Shown piece after piece: positions 58,217-64,000 of a stretch of 64,000 nt of DNA. Positions within the stretch are counted from its first letter, which is position 1. Each line of letters opens with the position of its first letter. This DNA comes from a bacterium (GTDB lineage: Bacteria; Patescibacteriota; Minisyncoccia; Moranbacterales; DUUL01): positions 17,288 to 81,287 of the forward strand of contig JABGXP010000014.1 in NCBI GenBank assembly GCA_018675685.1, given 5' to 3'. The position numbers and the translations under genes are program-made. A model generated the notes under the pieces. The model had not been told where the DNA came from, searched no databases, and saw nothing but the letters and a program-made list of their open reading frames with translations.

Positions 58217-58429
58217 ATGAAAGTCATTATAGAAAATTTTGGCAGACTCGTACCTTTTATTTTATTTTTGTTTAGTACAATATTTTTTGTGACGTATACG
58301 TTAAAGTGGCTAATGTCAAATAAAGATTCTCAACAGGCCAGGAAGTTCATGCTCTACATATTGTTTTCAGCAATGGGATTTTTAGTCTCAATGATTTTTG
58401 CTGTTTTTATAATGTTTGAGAATAATTAG
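58217..58429 (+). CDS. 70-aa two-TM protein, pilin-like, with GAPDH-like N-terminus
   Basis: MKVIIENFGR; LKWLMS..D...ARK...ILFSAMG hairpin. Confidence 0.55.
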   Translation: MKVIIENFGRLVPFILFLFSTIFFVTYTLKWLMSNKDSQQARKFMLYILFSAMGFLVSMIFAVFIMFENN

Positions 58430-58500
58430 GATAGGATGATAATGAATGGGGATATTCAACAAGATTAGTTGATCTTGCTGTGAGATTGTTTCATAAATAA
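58427..58500 (+). repeat. Displaced duplicate of the gap 3' end (partner 58126-58199)
   Basis: 66/74 nt identical; still encodes DNEWGYSTRLVDLAVRLFHK*. Confidence 0.92.
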
Positions 58501-58520
58501 TTTATGTTTTAAGTTTAAGA

Positions 58521-58558
58521 AAAAAGTTTGTTGTATTCTTATATGCAACAAACTTTTT
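58521..58558 (+). terminator. Terminator after the gap cluster
   Basis: AAAAAGTTTGTTG...CAACAAACTTTTT. Confidence 0.8.
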
Positions 58559-58730
58559 CTTTTTAGTGTGGCTCTTATCTCTTGCAATAAATCTTCAAAT
58601 GCTTCATAGTTAAGGTGCTAGAGGAAGAAAATGATACTTAAGGGAAGTGTTATTTTTTTGATAAAAAAGAGCTATGCAAATAGCCTAGTCTTAAATAAAA
58701 GAGAATTGAGAAATAAATTACAAAGTTTTT

Positions 58731-60131
58731 ATGAATTTGAAAAATAAAAAAGTTACAGTAATGGGAATCGGTCTTCATGGTGGAGGTGTCGCGATGATTT
58801 CTTGGCTATCTAAACAAGGTGCCCGTGTTTTTGCAACTGACAAAAAAACAGCAGAAGAATTGAAAAATTCATTGGAGAAGATAGAGAAATTGAAAAATGT
58901 TAAAATTATTACAGGACAGCATCGAATGGAGGATTTTACTCATGTTGATTTAGTGATTAAGAATCCAGATGTTTCTTGGACTAATAAATACATCAAGGCT
59001 GCGTTAGAGAGTAAAGTGCCCGTTGAGATGGATTCCAGTTTGTTTATGAAGCTTTGTCCCACAAAGAATATAATAGGTATTACAGGGACAAAAGGTAAAA
59101 CTACTACGTCGCTTATGATTGCGCATATCCTTGAAGAGGCCGGGAAACATGTTGTTAGAGTTGGTATTGGGCAAGAAGCTGTGATAAACAAACTTGCACA
59201 AATCAAAAAAGATTCCTGGGTTGTTTTTGAGCTGTCTTCTTGGAGATTAAGTGCTTTGGAGCAGATCAAAAGAAGTCCACGCATTGCTATTGTAACAAAT
59301 ATTTTTCAAGATCATTTGAATCGTTATAGCTCAATGGAGACATATGTTCTAGATAAAGAAAAGATTTTTCGTTTTCAAAAAGAGGAGGATTTTCTTATTT
59401 TGAATTATGATCAAACGGAATACTTTGAAGAATTTTCCCAACAAGCAAAAGGAAAAATAGTTTCTTTTACAAAAAATAATGAGACAACCCTTCATGGTTT
59501 GTTTGTTGATAAAGAAAAAATTAAATATAAATCCGAAGAGAAAGAAATTGAGTTGTTTGAGGTCAAGGATATGGCACTGAGAGGAAAGCACAATCTTTCC
59601 AATGCACTTGCTGCAAGTGCCGCCGCTATCTTGGTTGGAGTCTCGGAACAAACTATTAAAAATGCAATTTCGACTTTTTCTGGTGTGAAGCATAGACTGG
59701 AGTATATTGGGAAGAGAAATGGTGTTGCTTATTACAATGACACAACAGCTACGACCCCTGAATCTGCAATTGTTGGGATAGAGTCGTTTTCTCGTCCAAT
59801 CCATTTAATTTGTGGTGGGTCTAACAAGAAATTGGACTTGCGACCACTCGCGCGAAAAATTGCAATGGATGAAAATGTAATCTCAATCTCACTTTTAAAA
59901 GGTGGGGCAACTGAAACTCTAATTAAACTTCTTAGAGAATTTGATGGAGCATCTAAAAAAATCAGGGGACTTTATGATGAAATGAAAAATGTTGTGCATG
60001 ATTTATACACAAATTCAAAAGAAGGGGAGATTGTTCTTCTTTCTCCTGGATGTGCTAGTTTTGGAATGTTTGTGAATGAATTTGACAGAGGAGAGCAGTT
60101 TCGAGAAGCAATTAAAGAAATTGAGAAGTAG
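58731..60131 (+). CDS. murD: UDP-N-acetylmuramoyl-L-alanine--D-glutamate ligase
   Basis: GITGTKGKTTT, ELSSW, DHLNRY, HRLE, NDTTAT, LLSPGCASF..F...RG. Confidence 0.95.
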   Translation: MNLKNKKVTVMGIGLHGGGVAMISWLSKQGARVFATDKKTAEELKNSLEKIEKLKNVKIITGQHRMEDFTHVDLVIKNPDVSWTNKYIKAALESKVPVEMDSSLFMKLCPTKNIIGITGTKGKTTTSLMIAHILEEAGKHVVRVGIGQEAVINKLAQIKKDSWVVFELSSWRLSALEQIKRSPRIAIVTNIFQDHLNRYSSMETYVLDKEKIFRFQKEEDFLILNYDQTEYFEEFSQQAKGKIVSFTKNNETTLHGLFVDKEKIKYKSEEKEIELFEVKDMALRGKHNLSNALAASAAAILVGVSEQTIKNAISTFSGVKHRLEYIGKRNGVAYYNDTTATTPESAIVGIESFSRPIHLICGGSNKKLDLRPLARKIAMDENVISISLLKGGATETLIKLLREFDGASKKIRGLYDEMKNVVHDLYTNSKEGEIVLLSPGCASFGMFVNEFDRGEQFREAIKEIEK

Positions 60132-60192
60132 TAAATTTCGATAAACACAATGATATAAGTAGAACACTTAAAGATTAAATATTGGAAAATAA

Positions 60193-61248
60193 ATGAAAAA
60201 AATAATAGGAGCTCTCGCTATCAGTATCCTTTTCTTTTCAATAGTAGCACTTTGTGGATACAATTGGATACGGGGCGGTGCGTTTGAAAGTACGGTAAGC
60301 GAGTCTAATATTTTGCAAAAATTTGAAATTAAAGAAGGCGAGGGAGTAAAGGTCATTGCAAAAAACCTTTTCAAGGAAAAACTAATAGAAGAAGAGAATT
60401 TCTTTCTTTACTATATTTGGAAGACAAAGAAAGGAAGCGGATTGCAAGCTGGTGTGTACGAGCTTTCCCCTGATATGATTATCCCTGATATTGTGGACAA
60501 GTTTACTGACGGAAAAATTAAAGTAGAAGTTTTAAAGCTAACTGTCCCAGAAGGATTTACGAATAAGAAAATCATTGCACTTTTACGAGAAAAAAAACCT
60601 GAAATTTCTGATGAATTTGAAAGTATTATCCAATGCAAATGTTTAAGCACTCAAAATTGTGAGTGTGATAAATTCAGCAAAAAGTATGATTTTTTAGCTG
60701 AAATTCCTGTCGGAGTTGATATGGAGGGTTATCTTTTCCCTGATACTTATTTTATTGACAAGGAAGAAACGGGGGCAACATTGGTAAGCAAATTTTTGAA
60801 TAATTTCAAAAACAAAATTGATGCCGATTTAACTAAAAAAATTGAGCTAAGTGGAGAAAGTTTATATGAAGTTATTACATTGGCTTCGATTGTAGAAAGG
60901 GAAGTTCCAACGGAAGAGGATGCAAAAATGGTGGCAGGAGTTTTTAGAAACCGTCTTCAAGTTGGAATGGCACTGGAAAGCTGTGCAACGCTAGCATATT
61001 TTCAAGGGGTTGATAAACGCCAATTTTCCTTTGAAGACACTAGAGTTGAATCTCCATATAATACGTATATAAATCCAGGGCTTCCACCTGGACCAATTTC
61101 GAATCCAGGCCTAACTTCTATTAAGGCGACAGTCAGTCCAACTAATTCAGACTATATTTTCTTTTTGTCTGATTTTAAAACAGGGGAAACTGTTTATTCA
61201 AAGACACTAGCCGAGCACAATTTAAACAAAGATAAGCATGGGTTGTAA
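60193..61248 (+). CDS. mltG: Endolytic transglycosylase MltG
   Basis: TVPEGF, EGYLFPDTY, LASIVERE, NRL..GM.L, SPYNTY..PGLPPGPISNPG. Confidence 0.95.
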   Translation: MKKIIGALAISILFFSIVALCGYNWIRGGAFESTVSESNILQKFEIKEGEGVKVIAKNLFKEKLIEEENFFLYYIWKTKKGSGLQAGVYELSPDMIIPDIVDKFTDGKIKVEVLKLTVPEGFTNKKIIALLREKKPEISDEFESIIQCKCLSTQNCECDKFSKKYDFLAEIPVGVDMEGYLFPDTYFIDKEETGATLVSKFLNNFKNKIDADLTKKIELSGESLYEVITLASIVEREVPTEEDAKMVAGVFRNRLQVGMALESCATLAYFQGVDKRQFSFEDTRVESPYNTYINPGLPPGPISNPGLTSIKATVSPTNSDYIFFLSDFKTGETVYSKTLAEHNLNKDKHGL

Positions 61249-61257
61249 GAATTGATT

Positions 61258-62382
61258 ATGACATTTAGAGTTAGTCAGTTTGCAAAATTTGATCTAATTT
61301 CTATTGTAGCAATGACCTTTTTGATTGCTACTGGGCTTATTGCAATTTTTTCTCTCTCTTTGGAATCAGAGAGAGTTGGTTTTAATAATTTTGAAAAACA
61401 AACCATTCATGTTGCGATTGCAATAGTAACTTTCATAGTTTTTAGTTTAATTGATTATCGAATTTGGAAAAGCCATAGCGGTAATTTATATTTAATCGGA
61501 ATCATTCTTTTGGCAGCAGTTCTTTTTTTAGGAGATAATATCCGTGGAACATCCGGTTGGTTTAAATTGGGGTTCTTCAATGTTCAACCGGTGGAGCTTA
61601 TGAAATTAGCATTGATTATTGCGCTTGCGCGTTATTTTTCTCAGATTAAGCCTTTACTGATTTCTTTTAAGCATATTCTGATTTCATTTTGTTATGTTTT
61701 AATTCCAGTTTCGTTAGCTGCTAGGCAGCCAGACATGGGATCTGCTGTTGTGATGATAATGATTTGGTTTGCAATGGTTCTGCTTTCTGGAATTAATAAA
61801 AAATATATTTTTGGTATTGTCGTGACAGGTTTACTGGTAATTATTTTTGGATGGGGGCTTTTCCTAAAGCCATATCAAAAAGCAAGAGTGCACTCATTTT
61901 TGAGTCCAGGAAGTGATCCCTTGGGTGACGGATATAACGTCATCCAGTCCATGGTTGCAGTTGGATCAGGTGGAGTGCATGGAAAAGGAGTAGGGCATGG
62001 TTCGCAGAGTAAGTTGAACTTTCTTCCAGAAAAACATACGGATTTTATATATGCCACAATAGCAGAGGAAAGAGGTCTTATTGGAACGGGTATTGTAATT
62101 GGACTCTTCGGAGTTTTATTGTATCGTCTAAGGGTAATATACAAAGCATCAAGAGATTTATTTGGTAAATTCGTAGTCGGAGGCGTCACTATGGTTATTT
62201 TTTTCCAAGCTTTTATAAACATTGGAATGAATATTGGGATTATTCCCGTTGCAGGACTTTCCTTGCCATTCTTGAGTTATGGAGGAAGCTTTATCGTTGT
62301 AACACTAGCTTTTATGGGGTTAGCTCAAAGTGTTTGGATTAGAAGGCTCAAAAGTGACAAAAATTCAAGAATATTAGGATAA
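61258..62382 (+). CDS. rodA: SEDS peptidoglycan polymerase RodA
   Basis: QPVELMK, QPDMG, YQKAR, GYNVIQS.VAVGSGG, LPEKHTDF, LPFLSYGGS. Confidence 0.9.
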   Translation: MTFRVSQFAKFDLISIVAMTFLIATGLIAIFSLSLESERVGFNNFEKQTIHVAIAIVTFIVFSLIDYRIWKSHSGNLYLIGIILLAAVLFLGDNIRGTSGWFKLGFFNVQPVELMKLALIIALARYFSQIKPLLISFKHILISFCYVLIPVSLAARQPDMGSAVVMIMIWFAMVLLSGINKKYIFGIVVTGLLVIIFGWGLFLKPYQKARVHSFLSPGSDPLGDGYNVIQSMVAVGSGGVHGKGVGHGSQSKLNFLPEKHTDFIYATIAEERGLIGTGIVIGLFGVLLYRLRVIYKASRDLFGKFVVGGVTMVIFFQAFINIGMNIGIIPVAGLSLPFLSYGGSFIVVTLAFMGLAQSVWIRRLKSDKNSRILG

Positions 62383-62400
62383 CTATTTAAACCAAAAAAA

Positions 62401-63465
62401 GTGATAAAGCGCAAAAAAACAAGACATATATTAATTGGCAATGTTGGGGTTGGAGGAGATGAACCAGTTAGGGTTCAATCTATGACCAATACTGATACTC
62501 GCAATGTTAAAAAAACTGTTTCACAAATTAAAGGACTTGAAAGGGTTGGATGTGAAATTGTAAGAGTTGCGGTTCCCGACATGGAAGCTGCTAAAGTTCT
62601 TTCGGAAATAAAAAAACAGATTTCCATTCCACTGGTTGCAGATATTCATTTTTCTGCTGATTTAGCCTTGGAAGCTATTCGTCAAGGAGTTGATAAAATT
62701 CGGATTAATCCTGGGAACGTGAAGCCTATAGAAAAAATAAAAGAAGTTGTATTAGCCTGTAAAAAGAAGAAAATTCCTATTAGAATTGGGGTTAATGCAG
62801 GCTCTTTGGAACAAGAAATTTTAGAGCAATATAAGGGCGAAGCAACCGCAAAGGGAATGGTTCAATCTGCAATTAAACACATTACAATCTTAGAGGAATT
62901 GGGTTTTGAAGATATTATGATTTCCCTTAAAGCATCTGACATTGAAAGAACGGTTGAGGCATATCGAGAGTTAAGTGAAAAAGTTAACTACCCCTTGCAC
63001 GTTGGGGTTACTGAAGCTGGCACAAAATTTCGAGGAACTGTGATGAGTTCTATCGGTATTGGAACTTTGCTTTATGCTGGAATTGGAGACACAATCCGTG
63101 TTTCATTGACGGATGATCCCACAGAAGAAATCCCTGTTGCATGGGAAATTTTATCAGCACTTGACCTTCGACATCGAAAGCCCACAGTAACAAGTTGCCC
63201 GACTTGCGGAAGAACAGAAATTGATTTACTGAAACTAACAAAAGAAGTTGAAAAATTAGTTGAGAAGTTTCCTAGGAAACTTCATATTGCTGTGATGGGC
63301 TGCATTGTTAATGGTCCAGGAGAAGCTAAAGAGGCAGACATTGCAGTAATTGGAGGCAAGGGGGTTGGTTTAATTTGTCGTAAGGGTAAGATACTAAGGA
63401 AAGTTAAAGAAAGGGACTTATTAACTGAATTTAAGAAAGAGCTAGAGAAGGAGTTTAAAAAATAA
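62401..63465 (+). CDS. ispG: HMBPP synthase IspG (MEP pathway)
   Basis: VQSMTNT, VADIHF, RINPGN, RIGVNAGS, HVGVTEAG, SCPTCGR, MGCIVNGPGE. Confidence 0.97.
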   Translation: MIKRKKTRHILIGNVGVGGDEPVRVQSMTNTDTRNVKKTVSQIKGLERVGCEIVRVAVPDMEAAKVLSEIKKQISIPLVADIHFSADLALEAIRQGVDKIRINPGNVKPIEKIKEVVLACKKKKIPIRIGVNAGSLEQEILEQYKGEATAKGMVQSAIKHITILEELGFEDIMISLKASDIERTVEAYRELSEKVNYPLHVGVTEAGTKFRGTVMSSIGIGTLLYAGIGDTIRVSLTDDPTEEIPVAWEILSALDLRHRKPTVTSCPTCGRTEIDLLKLTKEVEKLVEKFPRKLHIAVMGCIVNGPGEAKEADIAVIGGKGVGLICRKGKILRKVKERDLLTEFKKELEKEFKK

Positions 63466-63484
63466 TTCATTATCAAAAAACAAA

Positions 63485-64000
63485 ATGGAATGTAAGGTTG
63501 CTAAGACTGCTGGTTTTTGTGGAGGTGTTAAAAAGGCCTTTTTAATGGTGCAAGAAGAATTTAAAACAAAACCAGAAAATGGAAGGATCTTGATCTTTGG
63601 TTCACTTGTGCATAATGAAAATGTGATGAAAATTATCAATGGAATGGGTATTGTGAAAATAGATTCCTTGAATGAAGTAGGAAGTGGCGACATTGTGATA
63701 ATCACAGCCCATGGTGCTGGCAGGAAGGTTTTTGAGGAAATAGAGAGACGAGGTGCGACAAGCTTTAATGCAACCTGCCCTAAGGTTTCAATGGTGCAAG
63801 ATTGTGCTAAAAAATATTACGAAAAAGGATTTGAAATTATAATCTTTGGAAACAGAGAGCATAAAGAGGTTAGAGGTATCAACGGTTGGTGTGAAAATAA
63901 AGCCAGGATCATTCCAGATTTCAAGGAAGTAGCAGCTTTAATTAATGAGATCAGAGCTAAGAAGATTAAAAAACCAATTTTATTGATATCGCAAACAACT
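63485..64000 (+). CDS. ispH: HMBPP reductase IspH, truncated by window edge (absent from ORF track)
   Basis: MECKVAKTAGFCGGV, LVHN, ITAHG, ATCPKV, G...H.EV, SQTT. Confidence 0.93.
   Translation, partial: MECKVAKTAGFCGGVKKAFLMVQEEFKTKPENGRILIFGSLVHNENVMKIINGMGIVKIDSLNEVGSGDIVIITAHGAGRKVFEEIERRGATSFNATCPKVSMVQDCAKKYYEKGFEIIIFGNREHKEVRGINGWCENKARIIPDFKEVAALINEIRAKKIKKPILLISQTT

Noticed and set aside
194-63705. Many 60-200 aa antisense or alternate-frame ORFs inside housekeeping genes
   Set aside because: Nested in or largely overlapping well-supported genes, with no motifs or SD; expected shadow ORFs.
1-64000. CRISPR array, integrase, transposase, prophage or reverse transcriptase
   Set aside because: No regularly spaced repeats and no ORF with the relevant catalytic motifs.
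1-64000. Alternative genetic code (TGA=Gly, as in Gracilibacteria/Absconditabacteria)
   Set aside because: Core genes are full length under code 11 with no internal TGA, and TGA ends the PrsW gene.

Overview
AT-rich bacterial chromosome segment with ~60 CDS, almost all on the + strand, and two tRNAs (Leu-CAA, Gln-CTG). The gene repertoire suggests Patescibacteria/CPR, Parcubacteria-like (inference): compact AlaRS, DUF3048, DUF5671-like, DUF2207, VirB2-like pilins, hinge-less SMC, and A-rich leaders without Shine-Dalgarno (SD) sites. It reads in the standard genetic code. Content is mainly housekeeping: repair/replication (mutM, holA, xseAB, rnhB, smc, scpAB, gyrB), translation (gatB, alaS, tyrS, pheST, aspS, rpmF, rsmI, typA), RNA processing (nusB, rnc), glycolysis (pgk, gap), cell wall (D,D-carboxypeptidase, mraY, murD, mltG, rodA), MEP pathway (ispG, ispH), glnA, a SpeD-fold decarboxylase and a MacAB-like ABC system. 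I saw no CRISPR array, integrase or transposase. Four signals stand out. (1) Four antisense orphan-gene cassettes share one architecture: sigma70 promoter, boxA-like RGTTC leader, strong SD, ORF, terminator; in three of them a trailer complementary to the leader abuts the terminator, resembling pre-rRNA leader/trailer stems. (2) gap is flanked by duplications of its own 5' and 3' ends that bracket small VirB2/TrbC-pilin-like genes. (3) A structured GC-rich ~170-bp element after tRNA-Gln is bounded by inverted and direct copies of the tRNA 3' end. (4) An unannotated pair of tiny CHNCP-motif proteins. All calls come from reading the sequence; no database searches were run.
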